Both the position numbers and the translations under genes were made by a program. From Dehalococcoidia bacterium (GTDB lineage: Bacteria; Chloroflexota; Dehalococcoidia; Lucifugimonadales; VXLM01): a stretch of DNA of 64,000 nucleotides. Where the stretch lies: contig CBDDPU010000004.1 of the NCBI GenBank assembly GCA_965232435.1, forward strand, positions 2,172,423-2,236,422. Direction: 5' to 3'. This document shows positions 26,039 through 35,590 of the stretch, in pieces. Every line of letters begins with the position of its first letter. The first letter of the stretch is position 1. The notes beneath the pieces were generated by a model. That model did no database searches. It was not told the origin of the DNA and saw nothing but the letters and a program-made list of their open reading frames with translations.

Positions 26039-28078
26039 CTATCCCCTGGGCTCCAATTGAAGCTGGGGTAAGCTCTTGCCCTCCGTAGGCACAAACCAGC
26101 GCAACCGTCTTCCGATGGCGGTCAGCGCAACAATACGAAGGAGCGTCCTGCTAACGAAGATGGCCGAGAACATACTGAGCAACACGCCGATGGCCAACGT
26201 GGCGGCAAAGCCCTGCACGACCGTCGCGCCCAGCGTGTCGGCGAACCAGTACAGGATGCCCGAGGTTATCAGCGTCGAAACGTTGCTGTCTCGAATCGCC
26301 GACCACGCGCGGTTGAACCCAATGTTGATTGCGGAGAGCAGCGTCCGTCCGGCGCGCATCTCCTCTTTCATTCTCTCGAATATCAGAATGTTCGCGTCAA
26401 CGGCCATGCCGACGGAAAGGATGGCCGCCGCAACGCCGGACAGGGTAAGAGTAACAGGCAGCATCTTGAATATCGCAATTAGTACCAGCGCGTAAATCAA
26501 CAGCGCCAGAGCGGCGATGAGGCCCGGCATTCGGTAGTACAAGAGCATGAACAGAAAAACAAGAACAAGACCGACCACTCCCGCGCGCACGCTCTTTTCC
26601 AGTGAGTCCGACCCAAGAATCGCGTCGATATCCTTCTCCAATATCAACTCTATCGGAATCGGAAGCCTACCCGACTCCAGCAGTAAGGCAATTTCCCTTA
26701 CCCGGTCAATCGTGAAATCCTGTCCGGAAATAAACGCGTTCCCGCCCGTAATCGCCTGTTCGGCCACCGGCGCGATCAGCTCTTCGTCATCGAGGAAGAT
26801 GGCCAACTGGTCGTTCGTGCCCGCTATCTGTGTCGTGATTTCGGCGAACTTTCGCGTGCCCTCGCCATTAAGTTCGATGTTGACAATAGGAACGCCGGAT
26901 CCTTGATGCTGGCCCGGATACGCCCTCGCCAAATCGTCACCCGTCAAGTTGATGTCCTCGTCCACCTTCCCCTTGATGAGCTTGAAGATCAACTCACCCC
27001 CTGGAGCGAATTGGCGTTCCGCTTCGGCCATCGGATCGTCCGCGTCCGGGAATGCCCCCAATAGGCTGATGACAAATTTCCTCGTCCCAACAATCTCCGT
27101 GATGTTCGGATCCCCGCCAAGGGGAGCAACCTGGCCGTCATCCAAGAGTATGGCCTGCTGATAAAGAACCTCGACCTCCTGCGCCTCGGCTCCTGCGAGC
27201 GAAAATGCCAAGCGGTCGGGGAACAAGCTTTGGGCCCCCTCGGCCGGGACCAAGCTGTCTCTCAACTCTTCGACCGTCGCGGAGAATTTCGCAAACCCGG
27301 TTTCGCTAAATTCCAAGACGAGACCCGGAGGACCAGGCGCCGAGGCAGCCGGAACGTCTTCGCTCTCCTGGTCCGAGTCGCTGGCATCAGAACTGACGGA
27401 TTCCGATGAGTCGGACTCACCGGAATCTCCAGCGCCCTCATCGGCGGATTCTTCGGCGTTGGCTTCATCGCTGCTTTCGGAGTCGCCACTCCCGGAATCA
27501 TCGCCGGTCGAATCGTCACTCCCTGTACTGCCCTCGTTATCGCCCTCTTCGGCAACTGCCGTCTCTTCAGGGGGAGACAATAACTCAGGAGTCACTTCTT
27601 CAACGCTATAGCTGACAACTTCACCCTCATCAAACTCCATCGGCTGAGGAACATTGCGCGTCCGATGTTTGAATTCAAGCTGGGCAGTCTCGCCGATCAG
27701 CGCCTTGGCGCTGTCCGGGTCGCTGACACCAGGAATTTGAACGAGCAACCGGTCCTCGCCCAATACCTGCAAGATCGGCTCCCCGAGGCCGGATGAGTTG
27801 AGGCGCCGCTCGATAGTCCTTTTCAGCGCATCCATCTGGTCCGCAGTGGGAGGAATCCGCTCCCCGGTCATACTCTGGTCATCAGGCTCGCTGAAGAGGC
27901 TCGCCTGATACACGAGATGGCTCCCACCCTGAAGGTCAAGGCCGAGTGTAAGCCCCAGCAGCGTGTCTTCGCCACCGCGCTGGAAGTTTCCGATCGTGAT
28001 CGTCTTGTATCCGACTGCAAGGCCGGACAATACGACGAGGACCAGTATGAAGGTCAGTATCCTAGCGTATCTGCGCAA
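26039..28078 (-). CDS. secD: Protein translocase subunit SecD with an acidic low-complexity insertion
   Basis: LGLDLQGG, ILQVLGEDRLLVQIPGV, DANILIFERMKEE. There is a roughly 70-aa D/E/S/G-rich segment at aa 170-242. TTG start with GGAGAG SD. Confidence 0.9.
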   Translation of the reverse strand: MRRYARILTFILVLVVLSGLAVGYKTITIGNFQRGGEDTLLGLTLGLDLQGGSHLVYQASLFSEPDDQSMTGERIPPTADQMDALKRTIERRLNSSGLGEPILQVLGEDRLLVQIPGVSDPDSAKALIGETAQLEFKHRTRNVPQPMEFDEGEVVSYSVEEVTPELLSPPEETAVAEEGDNEGSTGSDDSTGDDSGSGDSESSDEANAEESADEGAGDSGESDSSESVSSDASDSDQESEDVPAASAPGPPGLVLEFSETGFAKFSATVEELRDSLVPAEGAQSLFPDRLAFSLAGAEAQEVEVLYQQAILLDDGQVAPLGGDPNITEIVGTRKFVISLLGAFPDADDPMAEAERQFAPGGELIFKLIKGKVDEDINLTGDDLARAYPGQHQGSGVPIVNIELNGEGTRKFAEITTQIAGTNDQLAIFLDDEELIAPVAEQAITGGNAFISGQDFTIDRVREIALLLESGRLPIPIELILEKDIDAILGSDSLEKSVRAGVVGLVLVFLFMLLYYRMPGLIAALALLIYALVLIAIFKMLPVTLTLSGVAAAILSVGMAVDANILIFERMKEEMRAGRTLLSAINIGFNRAWSAIRDSNVSTLITSGILYWFADTLGATVVQGFAATLAIGVLLSMFSAIFVSRTLLRIVALTAIGRRLRWFVPTEGKSLPQLQLEPRG

Positions 28079-28114
28079 CGTTCTCTCCGTCCGACGATTC
28101 TTCTACGTTCTCGA

Positions 28115-29626
28115 TTATCTGGCGTAGCGTTTTGACGATCCGGCCTCAAGCATTCGGCTTACGAGGCGCATCGCGTCGTCTTTGGTCTCTATCTCACCCG
28201 CAGCCTGGGCCTCGTTCACTGCGCCGAGAAGCGTTCCTATAAGCGGCCCCGGCCCAACGGCGAATTCATCCATGACATCGACACCGGAAATCAGCCTGGG
28301 CGTCGATGGCTTATCGAAATTAGCCGTAAGTATGTACTCCATTAAATTGCAGTGTTCCCGCCACTCCTCGGGCTCCAAGAGCGGCCCGCGCGCGGCGAGG
28401 TAATCGGCCATGTTGAGGTAGATTGTTGATATGGCCGCGTCTCCCAAGTCTCGATAGTACCGGAAAATCGCCCGTCGAGTGGGCATCGACCCCGGTCCCC
28501 CTATCTGCTTGGGTCGAAGATGGTGATGAACCATTCTCTCCACGAACAGCCTGCCCCGCGTTCCGAACCGCAGCCTGTCCGCTATCTTGCTCACAACCTT
28601 CGCGCCTTCCTTGTGATGACCTAAGAAGCGAATCCTCCCGCTTTCTTCTATAGTTTTCGTTGTCGGCTTCGCGATGTCGTGAAGCAGTCCACTCAATCTT
28701 ACCAGAGTCGAACGGGTATGTCCGTCGCTGATCGGCTCCCCGAAGTACGAGTCCATGTTCGAAAACGACGGAACAACACTCAAGTACCAGTCATCCCCCT
28801 CCTGGCGCGATCCCAAAATATCTTCCACTCTGCCGACCGTCTCGACACAGTGGTTGAACACATCCCAATAGTGCTCTTTCGGCTGCGTTACTTCGCGAGC
28901 TTCGTCCAGTTCGGGGATTAGCGCCGACAGCAACCCAAGGTCATCCAAAGTCCTGACCGACTTCATCGCGCCGGGCGCGGCGAGTAATTTCAGAAATTCT
29001 TCACGAACTCGCTCCGACGAAGAGCGCTCCAGCATCTTGGCCCTTTGTCGAATGTCATTTCCACACTCATCGGACACGACAAAGCCAAGCTCCGCCGCTA
29101 ATCTTGGGGCTCGAATGAGCCGAACCGGGTCGTCGTCAAGAACGCTGGGCGAGACAGCCCGCAACACTCCTGATGCAAGGTCGGCTCGACCGTTATGCCG
29201 GTCGATAACCTCTACCTGCGCGTCTGCGGAGAGTATCGCGTCCAGAGGCAGAGCCATGGCATTCACAGTAAAGTCTCGCCTCGTCAAATCGCGAGTCACT
29301 CCGTCGGGAGCCGCAACGACATCGATCGTCTCACTATCCGGCAGGAGGACACGGGCGACCCCTATTTCGTCGTGAAGAAGCACATATCTCCCCTCAAGTG
29401 CATCCGCTAAATCCTGAGCCAGTTCGAGGAGACCACGAGGACTCATTTCGACCGCGACATCTATATCCTTGGTGTCCCTCCCCAAAAGAGCATCCCGCAC
29501 CGCGCCTCCCACCAAGAAGCCGCGAACGCCTCGTGACGAGCAAAAAGCCCCGACACTGAACACACTTCGCGAAAGCAATGAGACATCCACGAATTGGGGA
29601 ACGTCCGCCAGTGCGTCCCGATTCAT
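28115..29626 (-). CDS. cca: CCA-adding enzyme / poly(A) polymerase-family tRNA nucleotidyltransferase with HD domain
   Basis: LVGGAVRDALLGR..KDIDV, RRDFTVNA and a C-terminal HDIAKP HD motif. Confidence 0.75.
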   Translation of the reverse strand: MNRDALADVPQFVDVSLLSRSVFSVGAFCSSRGVRGFLVGGAVRDALLGRDTKDIDVAVEMSPRGLLELAQDLADALEGRYVLLHDEIGVARVLLPDSETIDVVAAPDGVTRDLTRRDFTVNAMALPLDAILSADAQVEVIDRHNGRADLASGVLRAVSPSVLDDDPVRLIRAPRLAAELGFVVSDECGNDIRQRAKMLERSSSERVREEFLKLLAAPGAMKSVRTLDDLGLLSALIPELDEAREVTQPKEHYWDVFNHCVETVGRVEDILGSRQEGDDWYLSVVPSFSNMDSYFGEPISDGHTRSTLVRLSGLLHDIAKPTTKTIEESGRIRFLGHHKEGAKVVSKIADRLRFGTRGRLFVERMVHHHLRPKQIGGPGSMPTRRAIFRYYRDLGDAAISTIYLNMADYLAARGPLLEPEEWREHCNLMEYILTANFDKPSTPRLISGVDVMDEFAVGPGPLIGTLLGAVNEAQAAGEIETKDDAMRLVSRMLEAGSSKRYAR

Positions 29627-30156
29627 TCGATGTTGCCCGATGAGCGCGAAGCGTTCGAGTCGGTCCAGTCTTCGGAGTCCCCTTCCACGGGATACTCGAG
29701 CAAGTGCTGGTGACTGAGTAGGTGATCGATAAACAGAATACCGTTTAAGTGGTCGGTCTCATGCTCAAATGCCTGGGCCAGCAGTCCCTCTGCGCATATC
29801 CGAAAGACATTGGTCTTTCGGTCAAGGCCGGTCACACGAATCCACATGGAGCGCCGAACAATCCCGTAGTGGCTCGGAAAGCTCAAGCAGCCCTCCGCAA
29901 CCTCCCGCTCGCCCTCCCGATGGAAAATTCGCGGGTTGATATAGACACTCGGCTCCTCATCCTCGGGCATTTTCAGAGCGATGACTCGGCTGAGAGCGCC
30001 AATCTGGTTCGCCGCCAGCCCGACACCGCCTGAGTCAACGAGTGTGTCCATAAGATCGTCGGCAAGTCGAAATACCGTCCTATCGATCTTCGACACGATC
30101 TTCGCCCTCTGGCGCAAAATACTATGTGGGTACTCAAGTATGGGGACAACCGCCAC
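29623..30156 (-). CDS. def: Peptide deformylase
   Basis: GVGLAANQIG, EGCLS and HE.DHL motifs. Start trimmed to the GTG at 30156 (GAGG upstream). The stop overlaps the cca start. Confidence 0.85.
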   Translation of the reverse strand: MAVVPILEYPHSILRQRAKIVSKIDRTVFRLADDLMDTLVDSGGVGLAANQIGALSRVIALKMPEDEEPSVYINPRIFHREGEREVAEGCLSFPSHYGIVRRSMWIRVTGLDRKTNVFRICAEGLLAQAFEHETDHLNGILFIDHLLSHQHLLEYPVEGDSEDWTDSNASRSSGNIE

Positions 30157-30463
30157 AGTGCGTTCCTCGCTCCGATCTTTACCCTTCGCCGACTTTGGGG
30201 CCAAACGAAAGGCACAGCAACCGATTATAGCTACCGAGCAAAGGGAGTGTAAAGAAAACCCGCCATCGACCCACCCTGATTCTCCATTAGGGAGAGCTTC
30301 AAAAACACTTTCACCCGTCCCGCGTGAGGCCGACCGCACCCTCGTTCCCATGCAAACGGGAACCCAGCTTCAGCCCTTTGACCAGACGTAGAGAACCACC
30401 GTTGAAAAGGCCCCTTTAGAGATGAATCCTCGCCGATGCCTTTCCAACAATCCGACCACGGCC

Positions 30464-31366
30464 CTACACGATCTTATCGAGCAACTCACCCTCGGTCAGC
30501 CAGTAGAAAACGATGTATGACCCGGCCAGAATCATAAATGCCGCGCTGACCGGCTGCGTGTAAGGGAGTATCTTGCGAAGCGCTCCAACCAACGCGCCTT
30601 TGAACAAGGCCATCGCGACCGTCAGCGCCAGAATCACAGTCCCCATACCCAGTCCGAAAAGCAAGAACGACACCAGCGAGTCCACTAACGTGTTTGTGGC
30701 GACGCCGATGCCCAGCACGGCAAGGAAGATTGGCAGCGTACAGCTGATCGACGCAGTCCCATAACTCAAACCGAAGAGAAAATATCCTTTGACGCCAACC
30801 TTGCTTGGATCGCCAAACTTCGTTGAGGCCTGCTGCGCGATCGATGTGTAGATTTTGCCTCCGGCTAACAGCCATCCACCGACGAACGTCAATACGATCC
30901 CGATGGTGAGCCCGATCCAAGGGATGATGTCGATAACTTGACGGGCCCCACCACCGATGATGAGCCCCGCTATGCCAAACAGCACGATGAAACCGAGGGT
31001 GACGACGGCTCCGATGAGGACGGCCTTGCCCAGTCTTGCGACGACGTTGGTCGGCCTCTCGGCGTCCGTCGTCGAGCCGAGGTACAATGCGAGGTAGGCC
31101 GGAAGCATGGCAAAGCCGCACGGATTCACGCTCGCCACCAGCCCCGCGCCGAATGCGAAGCCGAGCGGAAGAAGACTGCTAATATCTTCAAGACTCCGGC
31201 TCGCTCCTCCCGACACCCGGAGCGCGCTATCGACCACTGCCGTAGTGCCGGTACCGGTAATGAACGCCCCACTGAACGCGATTGCCAGCGGGACTATCAC
31301 CGCAGCAGCAGGCAAAAGATACGTTTTCGCAACGTTTGTTTGTTCGGTCGTGACTTCAGTGCTCAC
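30464..31366 (-). CDS. Cytochrome c biogenesis CcdA/DsbD-family thiol-disulfide transporter
   Basis: NPCGFAMLPAY motif, a second Cys in SCTLPIF, and multiple TM helices. Confidence 0.7.
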   Translation of the reverse strand: MSTEVTTEQTNVAKTYLLPAAAVIVPLAIAFSGAFITGTGTTAVVDSALRVSGGASRSLEDISSLLPLGFAFGAGLVASVNPCGFAMLPAYLALYLGSTTDAERPTNVVARLGKAVLIGAVVTLGFIVLFGIAGLIIGGGARQVIDIIPWIGLTIGIVLTFVGGWLLAGGKIYTSIAQQASTKFGDPSKVGVKGYFLFGLSYGTASISCTLPIFLAVLGIGVATNTLVDSLVSFLLFGLGMGTVILALTVAMALFKGALVGALRKILPYTQPVSAAFMILAGSYIVFYWLTEGELLDKIV

Positions 31367-31589
31367 CTGTGCATAACCTCCCTAACCAACGGCTTTCACG
31401 CGTCGGTTCGCGCTAGGTATATCCTAAACGATACTCACCCTTTCTTACCGCACGGTAACTAAACTGTGACAAGACCGTAACGACCAAAAACCTTCCCTAT
31501 GACCTCACAGTATCACGCCCACTTTTGCAGCCGGACCGCCCCGAGAATTCACTGCTCCCCACGGTCTACGGTACTATACTTACATCCAC

Positions 31590-32456
31590 ATGCCTCCTCA
31601 CGTCATAAAACTCCGCTCCGAAAACACCAACGCGTTTGAGCACGCCTTGGCTCTCAGCCGCAACCGGGCGAAACGACAGGAACACCGGAAATTCTTCGCC
31701 GAGGGCGTGCAGACTATTCGTCAGGCGCTCACATACGGATGGAAGATCGACGCAATCTATTATTCCGGCGACGCGGAGCTGTCCAGCTTCGCGCGGAGAG
31801 TGCTCGACCTCTCGATTGCGCGACGACACTTTGAACTGCCGTCCCGTCTGTTTGATTCCCTCCGTTGGTCGAGGAAACAGGAAAAACCCTCCGAACTCAT
31901 CGCCCTCGTCGAAATGCCGCCTGAGGACCTTTCAAGAATTCCCATAGACGAAGATTCGGTGATCGTCGTGTTCGACAGACCATCGGACCACGGGAATCTC
32001 GGCACAATCATCCGTACTTGCGAAGCGTTCGGGGTAGTTGGCCTTATCATCAGCGGCCATGCCATAGACCCCTACGATCCGCAGACTGTGCGAGCCAGCA
32101 TGAGTTCGCTGTTCACACTTCCCGTTGTTCGCCTTGCTTCCCATCGCGAGATTCGCGTTTGGGCCGACAATATTCGAAAGCAGCACCCCACCTTCCAGCT
32201 TGTCGGAACATCCGCACACGGCTCAAAGGACATTGGACAACAGCAGTTTGAACGTCCCCTCGCACTCGTCATCGGCAACGAGAAGCATGGTCTCAGCAAG
32301 AACTACGCGAAGGTCTGCGACTCCATGATCCGAATACCAATGCAAGGCTCTGCGTCCTCCCTCAATGTCGCGTCCGCAGCAGCCGTCCTCCTCTACGAGA
32401 TCCAGCGCCGGCGCACAGCCGCTGAAACGCAAGTTTCGCTGCAACGTTCACTCTAA
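31590..32456 (+). CDS. TrmH/SpoU family RNA 2'-O-methyltransferase
   Basis: DRPSDHGNLGTI.R, LVIGNE..GL and IPM.G...SLNV..A: the SpoU motifs 1-3. Confidence 0.8.
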   Translation: MPPHVIKLRSENTNAFEHALALSRNRAKRQEHRKFFAEGVQTIRQALTYGWKIDAIYYSGDAELSSFARRVLDLSIARRHFELPSRLFDSLRWSRKQEKPSELIALVEMPPEDLSRIPIDEDSVIVVFDRPSDHGNLGTIIRTCEAFGVVGLIISGHAIDPYDPQTVRASMSSLFTLPVVRLASHREIRVWADNIRKQHPTFQLVGTSAHGSKDIGQQQFERPLALVIGNEKHGLSKNYAKVCDSMIRIPMQGSASSLNVASAAAVLLYEIQRRRTAAETQVSLQRSL

Positions 32457-32528
32457 CCACACTACTCGTTCACTCCGCCAAATGCAGCGTCAAATGAACC
32501 TATCCCACCTCCCTCGCAGCGTCAGACC

Positions 32529-33524
32529 ATGAAATTTCGACGGCTCGGCGCCACAGACCTACTCATATCAGAAGTTGGCTTCGGCCTCTGGACACTGAGC
32601 GCGGAGGCATGGCCGGTCGTCCCGGAAAACGAGGCCGTCAAACTGCTCACGAGCGCGGTCGAGTTGGGAATCAACTATTTTGATACAGCCGACTCCGACG
32701 GTGAGGGCTATGGTGAAACCCTGCTTCGCAAGGCCTTTATCGACCAGCGACACGACATCATCATAAGCTCCAAAGTTGGCTTCGATTTTTATGATCGTCT
32801 AGCCGTCAGAAAGCACGACGGCCTCCCCCCTAATTTCGATCCCGACTACATCCGAAAGGCCTCTGAGGAGAGCCTTCGCCGGCTTGGCACCGACTACATC
32901 GACCTGCTCCTGCTGCACTACCCGACTCCTGAAATAGTAGAGGACGATTCTCTCTTCTACATGCTCGACAACTTGGTCAAAGAAGGCAAAGTCCGTTACG
33001 CGGGCATAGCGCTTGGCCCCGGGCTGGACTTCGCAGAGACCGGACTAATCGCGATAGTCGAGCGTCGGACCGCCGCCTTACAACTGCCCTACAATATCCT
33101 GGACCGCGACCCCGCGAGAATACTCTTTGAGAAAGCGACCGACTCCGACACCGGATTCATCGTCCGGTCGCCGCACGCATCGGGGATCCTCGACGGATCC
33201 TTCACAAAGAATTCCCGACTGAAACAAGACGAGATGCGCAGCGACGAGGCATATGAAACGATCAGCAGGGGTATCAAACACCTTGCCGAGCTGGACTTCC
33301 TCACCGACAACATGGACTCGACTATAGGCCAGATAGCGATCAAGTTCGCACTCGACACGTCAACGACGGCATCTATCCTGCCGAATATAACCACCGCCGC
33401 CCGACTTCGCGAATTCGCCGCCGCGCCCGAGACGAAAGACTTGCCGCATCCGATGCTGGAACGCCTACTCGAACTCCACGATAACTACTTTCACCCGCGG
33501 GACCCAGACACGGAGGCCGAGTGA
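32529..33524 (+). CDS. Aldo/keto reductase
   Basis: LG...L.ISE.GFG.W, NYFDTAD.YG, SSKVG, IDLLLLH. Confidence 0.85.
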   Translation: MKFRRLGATDLLISEVGFGLWTLSAEAWPVVPENEAVKLLTSAVELGINYFDTADSDGEGYGETLLRKAFIDQRHDIIISSKVGFDFYDRLAVRKHDGLPPNFDPDYIRKASEESLRRLGTDYIDLLLLHYPTPEIVEDDSLFYMLDNLVKEGKVRYAGIALGPGLDFAETGLIAIVERRTAALQLPYNILDRDPARILFEKATDSDTGFIVRSPHASGILDGSFTKNSRLKQDEMRSDEAYETISRGIKHLAELDFLTDNMDSTIGQIAIKFALDTSTTASILPNITTAARLREFAAAPETKDLPHPMLERLLELHDNYFHPRDPDTEAE

Positions 33525-34114
33525 TCGCCGACCTCCGATACTTTCGGCTCCGCCTCGCCTGCGCGAGGAGCCTTCCCGGACGATGCCAAAGCATCTCCCG
33601 CAGTTGATGGAGTATCACTGCTGCGTTCAAAGAAGTTTCTGCGGCCTGCCCCGGATCCCCGCCGACGTCTGACCCGTTTCATTTCCGTCTCGATCAGTCG
33701 ATAGTCGTTTTGCGGAATAAGATGCAGGCTGTCAAAGAAAGCCAGCGGCCAAAGCTCAGGGGGCCATCGTTTAATGTACTCTAACCGTGGGGCGAGAATC
33801 CTCGCTTCGATGTAATCCGATTTGTCCAAAACGATGGAAGGCGTCATCTTCACCCGAAAGGGATACAACTCCCGACTGGAACCTATCGACTCCCAAATCG
33901 GGGTCCGATCTTCAAAGTACTTCGAGGTAACGGTGGCTATAGCCGTCCACTTCCGAACATGGCCCCCGACATAAAACAGAATACGGTCATCCGGCTCCAC
34001 GCGCCGAGCGCGCTTTCGCTGCCTCTTTGTCAGTCCGTGAAGTGTGAAACCTTGCCCTCTCGTTATCTCGTGATTTTCCGGCGTCTGGACGACCATCCAA
34101 TAGTTGCTAGGCAT
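33491..34114 (-). CDS. EVE/PUA-like domain protein with a basic disordered C-terminal tail
   Basis: NYWMVV......I......F......R..RRV.PDDRILFYV.....W.AIATV......D.TPIW....YPFRV pattern. Start trimmed to the ATG at 34114 (AGAGG SD). The 3' end overlaps the convergent AKR gene by 34 nt. Confidence 0.45.
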   Translation of the reverse strand: MPSNYWMVVQTPENHEITRGQGFTLHGLTKRQRKRARRVEPDDRILFYVGGHVRKWTAIATVTSKYFEDRTPIWESIGSSRELYPFRVKMTPSIVLDKSDYIEARILAPRLEYIKRWPPELWPLAFFDSLHLIPQNDYRLIETEMKRVRRRRGSGAGRRNFFERSSDTPSTAGDALASSGKAPRAGEAEPKVSEVGDHSASVSGSRG

Positions 34115-34412
34115 GGTCGAGCCTCTGTCTTTAGATTTTGTCAATTCTATTCTATCATGCTATAACCATCCCCTTCTCCCGTGAGCCGCGGCCCCTCGGC
34201 CTGGTACACGTGATATGGTGAGCCGATTGACGGTGTGAATTCCGTGGAAGATGCTGCATCTATAGCAACGTTGCCTTCTCTCAATCCTTTAACGACCGCA
34301 ACACCACCTGATACAGTCCTACACCCACGCTTCCATTCGATAAACAGCCTCCGAGCCTGCTTGTATACTTATCCCCAATCCCGTTGAATCCGCACACGGC
34401 AACAGAGGATTC

Positions 34413-35111
34413 GTGACTCCACAAACCAAAATATCAGCAATACTCTTAGGCGCCGGCGAAAGTGCCCGCATGAACGGTGTGGACAAAATCATCACGCCTC
34501 TGCTCGGTCGCCCACTCCTCGATTACAGCCTTGAACGGTTGGCAGAGTCCGAGTCAATTGACAGCATCGTTCTCGTGGCAGGCGAAGGCAACACAGAAGC
34601 TGTCCGCAGCATCGCCTTGGAGGCTCCAACCAACAAGATAACGGCAGTATGCACGGGCGGATCACGTCGCCAAGATTCCGTGCGCGCCGGGCTTGAGCAC
34701 GTCGGGGACGCCTCCCACATCCTCGTCCACGACGGAGCGCGTCCCCTGATCGACGCGCCCCTCGTATCTCGTGCTGTCCGGTCTATGTCACACCACTGCG
34801 CCGCAATTGCCGCCGTCCCAGTAAAAGACACCATCAAGACAGCTGACGATGATATGTCCGTAGTCAGAACCGTTCCGAGAAACCAACTCTGGGCCATCCA
34901 GACACCCCAGATATTCGAGGCAAACCTATTCCGAACTGCACATCTGTCCATTGACGCCGACGTTACCGATGATGCCACAATGGTCGAAATGCTGGGCTAT
35001 CAAGTCAAGCTCTTCATGGGTTCCTATGAGAATCTCAAAGTCACGACCCCGAGCGATATCATCGTGGCGGAAGCCATTCTTCGTTCACGATCAAGGATTC
35101 CGGCCCCATGA
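34413..35111 (+). CDS. ispD: 2-C-methyl-D-erythritol 4-phosphate cytidylyltransferase
   Basis: AILLGAGES.RM, GG..RQDSV, VHDGARP, IQTPQ.F. Confidence 0.9.
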   Translation: MTPQTKISAILLGAGESARMNGVDKIITPLLGRPLLDYSLERLAESESIDSIVLVAGEGNTEAVRSIALEAPTNKITAVCTGGSRRQDSVRAGLEHVGDASHILVHDGARPLIDAPLVSRAVRSMSHHCAAIAAVPVKDTIKTADDDMSVVRTVPRNQLWAIQTPQIFEANLFRTAHLSIDADVTDDATMVEMLGYQVKLFMGSYENLKVTTPSDIIVAEAILRSRSRIPAP

Positions 35112-35590
35112 CCGTCCGTTCCGGCATAGGATTTGACGTCCACCCCTTGGCGCCGGACCGCCCGCTTGTCCTCGGCGGAGTAGTTGTCCCTCACCATTGC
35201 GGCCTCAGGGGACACAGCGATGGCGACACCCTAGCGCACGCCGTTATAGATGCCGCCTTAGGAGGCGCAGGTCTCGGCGATATAGGCGCCCATTTCCCGT
35301 CGAGCGACACGCGGTATGAGGGCGCGGACAGCATGGTTCTCCTCGCTCGCACGCGCGACCTCCTCGCCGCCTCCGGTTGGCGAGTAACCTACGTCGATGC
35401 TACAATTATTGCCCAGGAACCAAAGCTTAACCCCTTTGTGGCACGAATGGCGAAGAACCTATCCGCTCGCCTGGAACTTGACGCAAGCTCAGTCAACGTA
35501 AAGGCGAAGACGACCGACGAGCTCGGTTTCACTGGCAGACGCGAAGGCATCGCCGCTCTTGCGGTTGCCACCCTGGATTCCGTCGAATGA
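35108..35590 (+). CDS. ispF: 2-C-methyl-D-erythritol 2,4-cyclodiphosphate synthase
   Basis: GIGFDVH, GHSDGD...HA..DA..GA...GDIG..FP. ATGA overlap with ispD. Confidence 0.92.
   Translation: MTVRSGIGFDVHPLAPDRPLVLGGVVVPHHCGLRGHSDGDTLAHAVIDAALGGAGLGDIGAHFPSSDTRYEGADSMVLLARTRDLLAASGWRVTYVDATIIAQEPKLNPFVARMAKNLSARLELDASSVNVKAKTTDELGFTGRREGIAALAVATLDSVE

Noticed and set aside
30486-31121. 211-aa alternative-frame minus-strand ORF inside the ccdA-like gene
   Set aside because: It is on the same strand but out of frame with a clear polytopic membrane protein that carries the CcdA Cys motif. Its Arg/His-rich composition is implausible for a real protein.
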